DNA from: the human T2T-CHM13v2.0 reference genome, Homo sapiens
Direction: 5' to 3' (one strand)
Length of the DNA stretch: 64,000 bases
NCBI RefSeq assembly: GCF_009914755.1
Contig: NC_060939.1
Shown: positions 21,101 to 40,349 of the stretch, piece by piece
Numbering within the stretch: position 1 is the first letter of the stretch
Layout: every line of letters starts with the position of its first letter
Position numbers and translations under genes: made by a program
The notes under the pieces: generated by a model
Database searches by the model: none
Seen by the model: only the letters and a program-made list of their open reading frames with translations
What the model was told of the DNA's origin: nothing

Positions 21101-21467
21101 TAAAACATTAAAAAGTGACATTTTCCAAGTAAAAATCTTTATCTACTTCCTTAGTGACTCTAATTGCAGACAATGCAAGGTAGAAATGAGGTTCAGATCA
21201 ATGGCAGGCCGAGAAAGGCATTTTTGGGTGAGTCCATGCAGGCAATGTTTGCTATTGTGGCTGATTTACTTCCATATACTTTAACACAGGTATGTCCCTA
21301 TTGTGAGACACGGCATTTTTCATAGTATAAAGGTGGAAAGCGAACTTCATGTTATAATAAAAAATAAAGTAAATTTTATACAAACACTAAGAAGTGATCA
21401 TCTAAATCTACAGTTTAGAATCTGAAACCTATTCCTATGTTGACATCTTCCATGGCCCTACTCCTTA

Positions 21468-22000
<533 letters not shown>

Positions 22001-24069
22001 TTAAAGGTAAATTTTCAGTGACACCTGTGCAAGATATGACTTTCTGCTGTCCTCTATAAAAATCTACATTTCTATCATATAAATCTAGCAGATCTTAAAA
22101 TGATAGACCTCAAAGGTAGCACTGCATTTGATATTCTCTTGCAACCCCAGAATGAAACTTAAGCATGAATAATTGGAGATCTGCACACTCCTATAAAGAA
22201 TAAAGAATGGGACTCAAGTTCACACAGAAGCTAAAAAAGAAAGGCAGGATGACTTCCCTCTGCCACCTTGAAAAGGCTTTGAAACCTACGAAACAAGAAA
22301 TGGGGAGGGGGGTTGCTGAATGGGTAATAAATATATGAGCCCTCCTCCTAAGGGTTTTTATAATCCTTTCTATCTTGGGTATCTATGTGTTCCTCTGTGA
22401 ATGTGTTTTCTTATAACTGCACTTCTCATGGAACAGCTCTATCCTTATTATCTGTAACAGGGTTTCTGTTCTGCTTTCATCATGTATATATCTTAGAAAA
22501 ACAATCTGAACAAATGTCCAGTTAATATGTATATTTATGTATTTATAAATTATATGTATATGCTATTGCACTAATACATTACATATTTTATATACCTTAC
22601 TACAACCAAAGAAATATAAAAGAATGAGATGGAATAAATATATATTTAAGTTCTAGTTTTTCTTCCTCCATCCTCTGTGGAATGCTTACCCCACTTAAGA
22701 AACCCCTAAGATTTCACTGTGTCCTCACAGTGAGATTGTACTCACTCCTCAATGAGAGAACATTAATATTAAAGCTCTTTTGGTTTTATTATCAATTATG
22801 CGGTCGAATTTTCAAATAATCTAGCTGTACATATTATACTACAGTGGACGATACTGTGAGGTACCAACTGGACCAGCTCAGCAGAGGCTGGAAGGTTTAA
22901 CTCATCAGTAGTCATGATACCACTTTTCTCTTAGACTTTTCCAGTAGAATTTATTTTTGGTTTTGCCAGCCAGGGTGAGAGCTGTTTTCTATAGGTATCA
23001 ATGGTAGAATAAGCATTGTTGCCTCACAGAAGGGAGAAGTCTATGGTATTGGACACCAACCCCCAAGTCCTTCTTACATATCCTCTCCTTGAGAGATAGG
23101 GACTCGTGAAAAATGGAAACCCAGGAATTGGCTCTGCATAAACTTAAGCTTTGTCTTTGCAGAACAATTATGAGAAGCCTACTACTGACTCTGGAATATG
23201 TTGTATGCAATAAAAACTCTGTACTATTTAGGTATTGTTTCTGATGCACGATACTAGAAATAAGCATCAACTAGCCATGCAAAGTTCTGCTTAGGAAAAA
23301 TGAAAGTATATTCAAATATAAATTTTTATAAAATGACTATTAACTAAAAAAAAAAATAGCCTTTCTTTCCCCAAACATCAATAGATGCAGAATGCAGAGT
23401 AATATTTACAACATGCAACATCATGTTTGGTTCTAATTAATAGACTATTTCAATGAAATATTATTTTGATAAATATGTTCATGCTTCATTTGTCATGTAT
23501 TAAAAACAGCAATACACACTCACTTGATGAAAAATATTATTGAAGATAAAACAGAAGTATTTCATAAACAACCATTAGGTAGATTATAAGATAACATATA
23601 AAAGGTGATATAGGAAATAAATATTAGAAGTACATATTATTCATCTATGACCTAATTTGTATTGAAATGCTGCAAAAACCTTCATAGCAACATTCAGAGA
23701 ATTACCTGAAAGAAAACTCTGGCATCTTCTATGGTCTTCTATGTGTTTTCTTTAATGGTCACAGTGATTCCCACGTTCAAACTTATTCACTGAAGACAAT
23801 GCATGTCCTGAGATTCTCATTATTGAAATGCTGAGGCTGAGGCTTGCTTTTCACATATACAGATTGTCCAACATTAAAATACCACTGCATATTGACTGCA
23901 TACAAAAATCATTAAACTAAATATTCCCAAAAGTCCTGATACAAATAATGTGTTACAATATTTTAGGCAGGATTACCTGATAGGGTTAACAAATTTATCA
24001 AGTATAACAGAAAGTGACCACTTATTATTTATTATTGGCTATACCAAAAAATATAGGATCAGGACTTAC

Positions 24070-24190
24070 CTGAATAACATGCTTCAGTTTATCAATAATC
24101 TGATTTATCACAGGATCAGTTCCTTTGACTTTGACTTCAGGATTTCCAGACTGGGCTTTGATTCCATTTCCAACCACATGCTGAGTATAA
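24070..24190 (-). pseudogene. GPC5: Isolated duplicated GPC5 (glypican-5) internal exon, 121 bp, probably exon 6
   Basis: Minus strand tttccctttgctag|TTATACTCAG...GTTATTCAG|gtaagt translates without stops to YTQHVVGNGIKAQSGNPEVKVKGTDPVINQIIDKLKHVIQ, matching recalled GPC5 SYTQRVVGNGIKAQSGNPEVKVKGIDPVINQIIDKLKHVVQ at all but three residues. No other GPC5 exon seen. Confidence 0.9.
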
Positions 24191-24590
24191 CTAGCAAAGG
24201 GAAATGTGAAAGATATATGACTTAGTACCTGATCAGAGTATTATCTGCCACAGCTATCTGAACATAGTTGAGGTCAGAATTTCCTCCTTTAGAGAATACA
24301 CCAATGTATTTTTTTCTTGGAACAGAAACTGGCACAGCTATAATGCTTTTGCAGGTAAAATGCTAAAATGCTTATTGTGCCATTAGATCATTCTAAAAAT
24401 AATGTTATTCTCTCAATGGACCCAACCAAAAATTACTTGTTTTTTAATACTACTTAACAATATGCTACAAAGAGTTGACATATCTCACTTTGTTACCAGT
24501 TCTTGCTGAATTATACATATGTCTGTACCCCTATTGTCTGGGTGAGCTTATTTTACGCAGTCCCAATCTTATTTTTTAAATATCAGGCTA

Positions 24591-25270
24591 CTATATATGT
24601 GTGTGTGTGTGTGTGTATATATATATAGAATATGTATAGAGAATATATATAGGATACACATATAGAATATATATAGACTATATAGAATATACATATAGAC
24701 TATATAGGATATATATAGAATATACATAGACTATATAGGATATATATAGAATATACATAGACTATATAGGATATATATAGAATATACATAGACTATATAG
24801 GATATATATAGAATATACATAGACTATATAGGATATATATAGAATATACATAGACTATATAGGATATATATAGAATATACATAGACTATATAGGATATAT
24901 ATAGAATATACATAGACTATATAGGATATATATAGAATATACATAGACTATATAGGATATATATAGAATATATATAGACTATATAAGATATATAGAGTAT
25001 ATAGACTATATATAGGATATAGATAGAATATATATAGACTATATACAGGATATCGATAGAATATATATAGACTATATATAGGATATAGATAGAATATATA
25101 TAGACTATATATAGGATATAGATAGACTATATATAGGATATAGATAGAATATAGATAGACTATATATAGAATATATGTAGAATATAGATATAGAATATAG
25201 ATATAGAATATATATGGAATATAGATATAGGATATATATAGATAGAATATAGATATACACACACATATAT
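24591..25270. repeat. AT-rich minisatellite with 31-bp unit GAATATACATAGACTATATAGGATATATATA
   Basis: Eight perfect copies at 24718-24965 with degenerate copies and (TG)n/(TA)n on the flanks. Confidence 0.93.
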
Positions 25271-25500
25271 ATTTCCTAATTAGGTCCTTCAAGAAATAAG
25301 TGATTAAACTTTTTAATAATGATAGTATCAATTGGACATGATAACAATAATATTATTAATAAACTCTTTGATTTTTAAAATAAACTTGAACCCATTTCTT
25401 TTCATAGTCATAGAGGGGCTTAGAGATAAGAATTTCAGTATCCATTAGGGATTTGCAGTATACACCAGTAACAAATAGTAGAAAGAAAACAGTTATATCT
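25270..25500 (+). repeat. ~230-bp diverged direct repeat, copy 1 (copy 2 at 27640-27872)
   Basis: atatttcctaa..aggtccttcaag..ataagtgattaaacttttt..tatcaattggacatgataa..taacaaatagtagaa is colinear in both copies. Confidence 0.85.
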
Positions 25501-26499
25501 ATTTTGTTAATGTGTAATGATATTCTTTACTTTAGAAAATAAAATTATATATAGTATAACTATATATAATATATAATATATATTATATGTAAAATATATA
25601 TAACTGTACAAGTCAATATCATAAATTATAACTGTACAAATTAAAATCATCAAATTTATAAGCAACGAAAATGTGCGAAGTATTTCCTAAGTAGAGGAAA
25701 CAATCTGCTTTCGCCTAGGTTCACCTAAACAAAGATCTGGTAAATCATGTGGTAGGTAAAAAGGGTCATTTCACAGGTGGTGAAAGCCATTTGAAATTTC
25801 ACTACCTTCCCCAAATTACAATCATACGTCAACTTAGAATTAATAAAAATATTTAAATTCATTAGTCACAAAGATGTCTTAAGTGAATGCTATATTCCAA
25901 GTCCTGTACTAGGTCTTTAGGATTATAAGAAGGTGTAAGACTCAATTTTTGTCCTCATAATGCTCATTACTTAACCAAGAATATAACAGATTAATTAACT
26001 CATTCATTTGTATGCTTATTCATTACATTTTACTACATTTAAAAAATACCGTAGATTTCAGCCATATAAATACCCTTGTTTGCCTGACAGAAGAGTGTAA
26101 TATAAACACAACTGAACCGTTAAAATACAACATTATGAAAGTAGATGGAAGGAACTGCACGTGCCACGTGTGAGGAAAGATAAGACAGGTGGTAGATATT
26201 CTGGATATAGAGAAGCCCATTTGAACTCAGACACTAGGGAAAAACTAAAGGAGAAGTTATAACTTGAGGTAGCCTTGGATGTATTGAGGTAAGAAGAGGA
26301 CATCTATGGTATGGTTAATGAGAACTTCAGGGCAAAGGATGTCATCCCAGCAAGGAAAACGGCAAAGGTACGTGAACAAGGCAGACAGGGAGAACAGGCC
26401 TCTATTCACAAAGCAGAGAGTACAAACGTTGGAAAGCAATGGATAGAGGGCCACACCCTGAAGATTCCACCCTGAATGTTGAAGACTCTCCACTGAGTG

Positions 26500-27018
<519 letters not shown>

Positions 27019-27326
27019 AAGACATTTAAAAAATGAAAACAAAACACTATCACCTGAGTAATTTGTTTGCTTACATTAAATATCATAATACTTTTCAGCA
27101 AAAAATATTATCATTTTAATGTAACTTTCGTTCCCTGTATTTGAGCGGAGTACTGCACTATCCATAAACACCCTCTGAATTTTCTACAGTAATGGAAAAA
27201 AATCTTTGAAAAAAATAAAAGAAGGTTCTATGTTTGAGAATATGGCTATATGAAAGGGGTTTCAAGAAATATCCAGTTCTTCCCAAGACGATGTACTTCC
27301 AGTGACCAGTTTTAAGAAGTGGAACA

Positions 27327-27723
<397 letters not shown>

Positions 27724-27875
27724 CTATTAATAAATCTTTTGATTTAAAAACTAACCTTGTACCCACTTCTTTTGTAGGCGTGGGGGGAGCTTAGAGTTAA
27801 GTATTCCAGTATCCGTTAGGGATTTGGCAGTATACATCAATAACAAATAGTAGAAGGAAAATAATTATACCTGTG

Positions 27876-27922
<47 letters not shown>

Positions 27923-28185
27923 TAGAGAGAGAGAGAGAGAGAGAAACCATCTCTTAAATTACCTGTAGCACCACTATGTTATTCTTTACTCTCCCAATAC
28001 CCCAAGTAGATTGCACATGTGACTCTTTTATTAATGTGTTGAATATTCATAATGATAATGAATAATATGAATAAATAAATTGATAAGTGCGTAACTATGA
28101 ATTAGGCATTGCTTTACTCTTATCTGGAGATTTCAATTCATGATAAACATCTTTTAGTGACCATGAATAAGAAACTCATAGACCT

Positions 28186-28949
28186 GCATTAGAGAAATGC
28201 AAATCTAAACCACAATGAGATACCATCTCACTCCAGTTAGAATGGCAGTCCTTAAAAAGTCAGGAAACAACAGATGCTGGAGAGGTTGTGGAAAAACAGG
28301 AATGCTTTTACACTATTGGTGGGAGTGTAATTTACTTCAACCATTGTGGAAGACAGTGTGTGAATTCCTCAAGGATCTAGAACTAGAAATACCATTTGAC
28401 CCAGCAATCCCATTACTGGGCATATACTCAAAAGATTATAAATCATTCTACGATAAAGACACATGCACACGTATGTTTATTGTGGCACTATTCACAATAG
28501 CAAAGACTTGGAACCAACCCAAATGTCCATCAGTGATAGACTGGATTAAGAAAATGTGGCACATATACACCATGGAATACTATGCAGCCATAAAAAAGGA
28601 CATGAGTTCATGTCCTTTGCAGGGACATGCATGAAGCTGGAAGCCATCATTCTCAGCAAACTATCACAAGATCAGAGAACCAAACGCCGCATGTTCTCAC
28701 TCATAAGCAGGAGTTGAACAATGAGAACACATGGACACAGGGAGGGGATCATCACACACTGGGGCCTGTGGGGTGTGGGGGTGTAGGGGAGGGATAACAT
28801 TAGGAGAAATACCTAATGTAGGTGATGGGTTGATGGGTGCAGCAAACCACCATGGCATGTGTATACCTATGAAACAAAACTGCAAGTTCCGCACATGTAA
28901 CCCAGAGCTTAAAGTATAATTTAAATAAATAAATAATAAATAAATAAAT
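28186..28949 (+). mobile_element. 5'-truncated L1PA 3' end (ORF2 C-terminus plus 3' UTR)
   Basis: ORF 28215-28634 is the L1 ORF2p C-terminus ([30 protein letters not shown]); (TAAA)n tail; TSD aaactcatagacct at 28172-28185 and 28950-28963. Confidence 0.95.
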
Positions 28950-29675
28950 AAACTCATAGACCTCAAAGTATGGGAAGCCTAACTGCCTACGGCCACTTGC
29001 TGCTTCACTCTAAAATCTGTTTCTGCATCTGCCCCTCAGTCAATGACTGAGGCCCACAGGGTGGCTAATGCAGATCCCTCTTTAGGAGACACAGGGCTTC
29101 TCTGAGGACCAGTCTTGGCTCAGGATTCCCTGAAGCCTTTTCTCACCCTTCCTTAGACTGTACATTACGCTCCAGTGCTTCCACTCAACCTTCCTTTCCT
29201 CTTTCCTTCATTCTAGGTCAGACTTGCCTCATAGCTGAGACCTCTTCCAGGCTTACTCAGCTTCCTCTCCATTTTCTCTCACAGGGATTTCCCTTAATAA
29301 AATCCTCTTGTGTTTAACTCGTTTTCAACATCTACCTCTTGGAGGACCTGGACTAACCCACCACATAATGTTTGTATTATAATTACTTCCATTCTACAGG
29401 TTGAGAATCTGGGATCTGGAGAAGTTAAGCAACTTAAGTTACTCAAGTAAGGCCACACAACGTATATAAAGTGTGCTGCAAGGAGTTAAACCCAGGGAAC
29501 GCACACTCCAAAACAGAACCATCAACAAGTACCAATCCTGAAACCAACTAATAAAAGGTAAAGATACAATTAGCTTGGTGCAAAATGTTATTTTTCTCTC
29601 TAATTACATTTTCTAAGGTTTCACTGTTTGTGATTAAGAAGGGATGAATGATTTTCATCAAAACTCTGCTCAACA

Positions 29676-29880
29676 AGCCGGGTGTCGTGGCATGCACCTG
29701 TAGTCCCAGCTACTGAGGAAGCAGAGGCAGGGGGATCACGTGAGCCCAGGAGGTTAAGGCTGCAGTGAGCTGTGATTACATCTCGTTGACCACGTGACCC
29801 TGAGTGTAACTCATAGACCTCAAGCCTGGGCAACAGAGCAAGACTCTGCCTTAAAAAGTAAAACTAAGCAAAACAAAACA
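29676..29880 (+). mobile_element. AluJ/FRAM-type monomer with internal non-Alu insertion
   Basis: Right-monomer sequence with ~40 foreign bp at ~29781-29823. Confidence 0.8.
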
Positions 29881-30379
29881 ATCCTGAACAAATGGTTGCA
29901 CATAACCAGCTAAACAGTAATATAACAGTTGTTGGCAGGGTGAGAAGAAACTAGCAGACTGTAGGTTTGTCATACTGTTTTTTTGTTTCTCCAGAAACAC
30001 AGATATAATATAGGCAATGAAAGCTGAGACTCATCTCTTAATTTCAGTTAAGCTATTAATTGATTTACATCATTTACTTACAGGTCAGAAAAGTTCCTTT
30101 CAAAAGGCAGGAATGTTGTTTCATGTTAATCTAAGGACTTGCTTACCTTTTGTTTCTGTTCTTAATGATCACAGTTACTAATACAGTTAAATAATATTTA
30201 GATAAAATACATTACAATTATAGCTGATCAAAAATCTCATTCCAAGCTGTTATATTGTTGACTATCTCATGATCACTCTTCTTATGAATCATGTAAATAG
30301 GGAAAAATACTGCAAAGTAGACCCACGTTACTTCAAATGAAATATGATTTAATAAAATCAGTTATTCTTTGCCAATTTT

Positions 30380-31020
30380 GTAATGTTCAAAATAACCACA
30401 ATTGAAATAGTGATACATACACATCAGAACAGTTCAAATGAAAAAGAGAAATGATACCAAGTGTTGGCAAAGATGCGGAGCAACTAGAACTCTCTCCCAT
30501 TGTGGATGGAAATGTAAACTGATGGACACCACCATTTTCCATGTATGCTAAATCTGACCATATTCTATGACCCTGAGCATATACCCAGCAATATTTACCA
30601 AAAGACAAATACATGAATGCTCAGAGAGGCACCATTCAAAATAACCACAAATTGAACTTATATTTGTATAATGATATAGTATATAGCAATGAGAACCTAA
30701 CAAATTACAACTATATGCAAAAAGATTAACAAATCTTATAAACTAAATATTGAATGAAAGAAGCAAGATACAGAACATATTCTACGATCTAATTCACTAA
30801 AAATTGTAAAACTCATCAGTTATGTTCCAAATCACCATAAGAGCGATCCTATGAAATAGTGTCTAGAAGAAGTAATAATATAAAATTTCCTGACTTGAGT
30901 ACTGGATACACAGAAGGGCTAAGTTTGTTTAAAAACAAAAGAAGTATTGAGCTGTACAGTTAAGATTTGGGTATTTTACTGTTTGTATGTATTTTCAGCG
31001 TTAGAAAATTATGTTAAAAA
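30380..31020 (+). mobile_element. Old L1M 3' fragment
   Basis: ataccaagtgttggcaaagatgcggagcaactagaactctc motif. Confidence 0.7.
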
Positions 31021-31326
31021 GTCTTTATGCTCTTTTTCTTAATATATTTACAATAGACAAATTTTCATTAAGCCACAGTATAAATAAAAAAGACCCACAC
31101 AGGTATTTTTAACATGGATGAAGTGGTTCTGTCATCATTAAATGAGTACTTTAGGATGCAAGTCTGATATAAAAACTTACTTCCCTGAAGACTTTAATTT
31201 TGCATGCAAAATACACGGTTTCTAAATTAAATTTTTTTGTAACAAAGCGTTTTTGAGTTCCCCTCATGGAATTTTAATAAATCATTAATTTCTTCTTTTT
31301 CTCTTTCATGCACAAGCAGTGGATAA

Positions 31327-31712
<386 letters not shown>

Positions 31713-34322
31713 AACAGGCAAATTTTTCGTTGGGGAAGTAGTAGACCAACCATCTGTGCTTATTTCTTCTAAACAGAGCTGGGAATGAGTGACAGCAGTT
31801 GAACAGGAACACTTGCTCCCCAAGCACTACTTGTTTTTCATGAAGAAGGAAAAAAGGCAAAAGCCCTGCTACATTTACATTCGCAAAATTGTTTTCAAAT
31901 GAGGATTAACAAGATGTTAGTTCCCTCTCTGTTGAACACATAAAATATTAAAAGGCAGTGCTAATACATCTATATACAGCACATCAGGAGGAAGGAGGAA
32001 GTCATTTCTCCTGACTTTACCAACTTGTCTTATTTGAAACTGATACCGTGCCCTATTGGCTGATAGGAGTTTCACTTTATTTAGAATACAATAGAATTTG
32101 GCTCAGATTCACACCAAAAGTATAGTATTTTGATGTGCACTTACACGATTTCAGGGGAAAACAATATCTGGAATGTGACCCTGGAATTCATTACAAGTCA
32201 GTTAAAGGGATCTCTCTTAGAATTTTTTCATAATTGGACTGGGACAGGATGTAAGAATAAATCATTAACAGTAGATGAGGAAAACACTTGACGAGAGCTT
32301 TCTCGTCTTACCATTACTGCTCTTTCTATCAGAGGTTAAAGACAGAATGGGGACCATGTTGTGGTTGTTATTCTTGTTGTTTGATTGGTTTGTTTATTAT
32401 GTTCTTGCAGGACTTGGTTATGTGGCTGGATATGAAAATTCTTTCCATTTCCAGAGTCATAAATCTCCTAATTTCTAGGAGATTAAATACTGGTTTTATC
32501 TTTGGCTCCAGTAAAAATGTTGCTATCTTGGATTAAAAGAAGGTTGGGAAATACGTTGTGTCTATTCACCAGTGAATGGGAACCCCTTCTACAACAACAA
32601 ATTTTCCATTCAAACCATTTCTAGGCCTCCCTTCCTGGTTCTGATAGCAAATGTGAAAGCAAGTACTAGAGATTTGGGTTTTGTAAGTTTCCTCAAATAC
32701 TTGGGAAATACTGGATTCCGTTGCCAAGTGTTGCCTTTTGTACATTCAGCTTCTACACAGCACGTTTTCTCTATGTTGAAAGTCCTAATCCTTGAAATCT
32801 CAGAATGGAAAAGAGTTATATGACTAATTTTATGTGCCAGGATTATGGGAATAAACTTTCATGGAAGATAGGAAGCTTACAGGGCATTTAGAGAAAGGAG
32901 ACATCTGTAGAATCAATTCAGAATGATTAAGCCCCTTGTGATCTCACTATCTCACTTCAATTGTTAAGCCACAAAACTCTTTTTAAGTTAATCTCTAACA
33001 TTTATTTGGCTTTATAATTACATATAAATAATGTCTAAATTTGACACCTATGTTTCCAAACTTAATAATGAAGTCAAAATAAACAGAATTAAGGAGAGCT
33101 TATTACGATCTTTATTGTTATTTATATATAACAAATTTCCTATTGAGAATATAATATTTTATGATATCTTATGGATGTCATTAACATTGCTTTAATAAAG
33201 GTATTATCATGCTTTGTACAGCAACCAACACGAAAATGTTACTATACCACTGCAATAGATAGAATAAAAACATGTTCAGAAAGACTTAGAAACTCATTAA
33301 AGAATGGACGTTAATCACTTTTCACCCTAACTCCTCATTTGGCAAGGCATGAATCTATGCATTCCAGTTTAGACAGGTGGCAAGTAAGTAGTCTCATTGC
33401 ATTTCATAAAATAAGCAGCTGCGTGAATTTGAAAGATACTATTTCCACATGAAAAGCTAATGACTGCACATGTAAAATCAGTAGTGTTTAGGAAGCTGTC
33501 ATTTAAAAAACAACAAACTACCTAATTAAAAAGTAGCACAAATGAACTTTTGCCTACGTAAAAAATAGAACATTGCTTAGCCTTTTCTTAAACCCCTCCC
33601 CAATTCTTACCAAGAAAGGATAAATACCTTTATTATAGTCAAAGCTCTGTTTTTATGGTTTTTGAATTTTTTAATCTAAAATTCAAAGCAAATAATCAAT
33701 CTTTAATTTATATTTATCCCAATTTGATTCGAAGTGACGGTCCAAAAGTAAAATGATCAATTATAACTATAATCAATCACAAATAATGCTATGTGAGTTT
33801 GAAATGTTAATCTAAGTTGCCTTTTCCAGGTATGCATTTTAAAATTAAACTCTTCTCAGTAAGATCAAGGCTATCCTTCATGGATTTATGATGTTTGATA
33901 ATCACCACGTTGTACTGATTTGCTGTCTCACTTCACTGTTTGATATCAACATATGAAAGTAAAAATGCTATTTAGGGGATAACTATTATCTGAGCACTAA
34001 TAAATTAAATGCTATTTTAAGCCAACAACAAAATTGTTTAGGGTACAATTTTTATTTAACCAACTGTCCATTATAAACATTATAAAATTCTGAAAGATCC
34101 TAGAATCTTATATAGCTTTTTTGTATTTTTTCAAATGTAATTGACACCAGCATGAATTAAATTTCATATTTAAAAAGCTTCAGACTACATTACAACATAC
34201 TTTAAAATTACTTGCAAGATATGATAATTCTAAGATTACCCACATATCATGCAACTGAAACAGCCAGGTACTTCCTACCAACACATGATACAATAAAATC
34301 CAGAAGAACTTCTGAATTAGAG

Positions 34323-34765
34323 TGTAGTAGTTGCCTAGGGCCATCATACCTAATTATCACACACTTGGTGGGTTAAGAGGACAGAAATATATTCTCTCAT
34401 AGTTCTGAAGCCTGGACCTCTGAAATCAAGATGTTGGCGGGGCCACACTCCCCCTGAAGACCCTAGGGAAGAATTCTCCCTCGCTTCTTCCTGGCTTCCA
34501 GTGGCTCCTGGCAATCCTTGACCTTCTTTGATTTATGACTGCATAACTCCAATTTCTGTCTCCATCTTCACATGACCTTGTGTGTGTCTTTTCCTGTATG
34601 TTATAAGGACATTTACACTGGATTTAGGGCCCACCTTCACCCAGGATGACCTCATCTCAATCACTGGGTTAATTATATCTGCAAAGACCCTACTTCCAAA
34701 TAAAATCACATTCTAAAGTTCCTAATGGACATAAATTTTGGAGGTACGGTATTTAAATCACTACA
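34323..34765. mobile_element. MLT1 (ERVL-MaLR) solo LTR
   Basis: attctctcatagttctgaagcc..gaaatcaagatgttggc..ggatttagggcccacc..ctgcaaagaccctacttccaaataa motifs. Confidence 0.8.
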
Positions 34766-35693
34766 CAGAACATGTAAAGACAAAAATCTGGAAGCTACCT
34801 GAATGAAAATGGATATTCCCTTGAACTTCGACAAAATCATATTCTATTTTTCCATGAGAAACATTTTATTACTCTAAAACAATATTCATATTTCACAAGT
34901 ACACCTCTTAAATTATAGCTTGGACTTAAGAAAAATAATTAGCTTTGGAAATTATCAGTACATGATATCTAGTATTTCCTATATTTTTAAGAACTTCTAC
35001 CTCCTAGCAAAAATAAACAATGCAATGGATAATTTCTGTGTTCTAAATTCACACACACAAACAGGAAAGGGACTTTAAAAATGATGTGTTCTCTTTTAAA
35101 GCAGAAGCCCAACCACCTGCTCTGAATCTAAAAGTTTCCTGAAAGCAATGAAGGGCTAGTTTATTATGAAGGTGTTGATAGCTGATTCTGTGGAGACTCA
35201 CACAGAAACAAAGAATAAATTTTAATCACACTTAATGCTAATGTGGTAGTAAGGTTGTGACAATATTCAAATATGACTAATTTCATTGAATTAACTACAC
35301 TCGGGCTTAGCTTAGTTGTCCAAATTTATTACAAATAGCTCAAACTAAATAACTCAACTCTTCTGTTTTCTATTTATTTTTTGTTGATGCTTAAGAGTAA
35401 AAAGATATTTCAACTGAATTTTTTTTTTTTTTTTTTAGCAATCAGTTCTCTTGTTTTATCACCATAAGACTGTAAACGGCCGTAACAGGTCACTGAATCT
35501 AGCACTGCCTTCAACAAGAAATGCACCTAGAGCAGGAATATAGTACTTGGCACTCATCTCTAGACCTATAACCTAACAGATTTTTTTTTTGTCTGTCTTT
35601 GGTGAAAGTAACGTAAATTTAGAGCTGGAAAGGACCTTAGAGGTCATCTAGTCCCACCCAAGCATCTTTGAAAACAAAATAAAGAAGTGTGTT

Positions 35694-36019
<326 letters not shown>

Positions 36020-36754
36020 TTATACACTGTGTATTTCCAGAAAAGCCCCTGAGACAGCTTAGAATGAAAGGCACAGACACTATAAAACAAGGGCAAAATG
36101 ACAGAATAATGAAGAGAAAGAGGTGACAATTACATGGGACAACCTAGGGAAGGAAACACTACCCTTCAGCCTAAAATTTAGTCCTAAGCCCCTTGTTCTT
36201 AAAGGCCAAAAGGAAAACCAGAATTCAAATAGGTATTGTTAGTTAATAAAATAGTATCTGGATATATCAGCAACTATTTTTTGGTAACTCTAAACTCAAG
36301 CAAAATATATGTCTTCAAGCAACAGACAATGGACAATATAATAAAAATAATCTTCCATAGCAATTTCCAAACTTTTAAAGATGTAAGAACAAATGATCTT
36401 TTCTTACAGGATGCTTAGTTGAAAGCTGCCCGCATGATGGTATTTTAAACTACATGATGTTAAATTCCCTGCATGATGGTATTTTATTGGGACCTGGTTA
36501 TATGATTTGGTGAAGAATGTAACCTTTGAGAACTTAGAAGAGTGAATGGTTAATATTTCTCTGAATTTTTTTGTTTTTAATTGATATTTTATTTTATCCC
36601 TCATAGACAATATATGCCTGGGAAATACACTGAAGTATAGTAAAAAAGAATCTAAGGGTTAAAGTGTTGAGGTAAATGAGAAAGCAGAGGTTGTGTCTGA
36701 AGAACCGTGTGGTCGCACTGCACCACACAGCAAACAGAAATATGGGTGAGCACA

Positions 36755-38159
<1,405 letters not shown>

Positions 38160-38564
38160 CTATGAGAAACAAATATGAATTATACCACTAACTGCTGAAA
38201 AGAAAGACTCTAAGACTGAAATTACCAAAAAAAAAAAAACCCTCAGCTGAAAACAAAACAAATAATCAAACTCTATTACTCTACTCTATTTCCATGAAGT
38301 GTACAAACTGTTCCTGTAAGTTTAACGATATTAAAATGTACAAAGATTAATAAAGTAAAAATCAAAGACTATTTATAACATCATCGATTTCACATAAAGT
38401 AGAATTTTAAAGGAAAAGGTATCACATGGAAAACAATAAAATATTTAATATTACAAAGCAAAACACTAAATGAACGTCACATTTAATTGTGAAATCATTA
38501 GCATGTTTCTCCGTTATGACTTATTAAAGGATAAAATTTGAGCATTATAATGTATAAGATTTTT

Positions 38565-40349
<1,785 letters not shown>

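Noticed and set aside
23705-23900. Possible second minus-strand exon next to the GPC5 exon
   Set aside because: Splice-like motifs are present, but there is no recognisable GPC5 peptide and such motifs are common in AT-rich introns.
24948-25331. 127-aa Tyr/Ile-rich ORF; repeat also considered as a CRISPR-like array
   Set aside because: It is the translation of the TA-rich minisatellite; the units are contiguous without unique spacers and the DNA is primate.
36429-36490. Short direct repeat gcatgatggtatttta, and similar micro-duplications near 9882-9905 and 30387/30636
   Set aside because: Ordinary slippage-scale duplications with no further structure.
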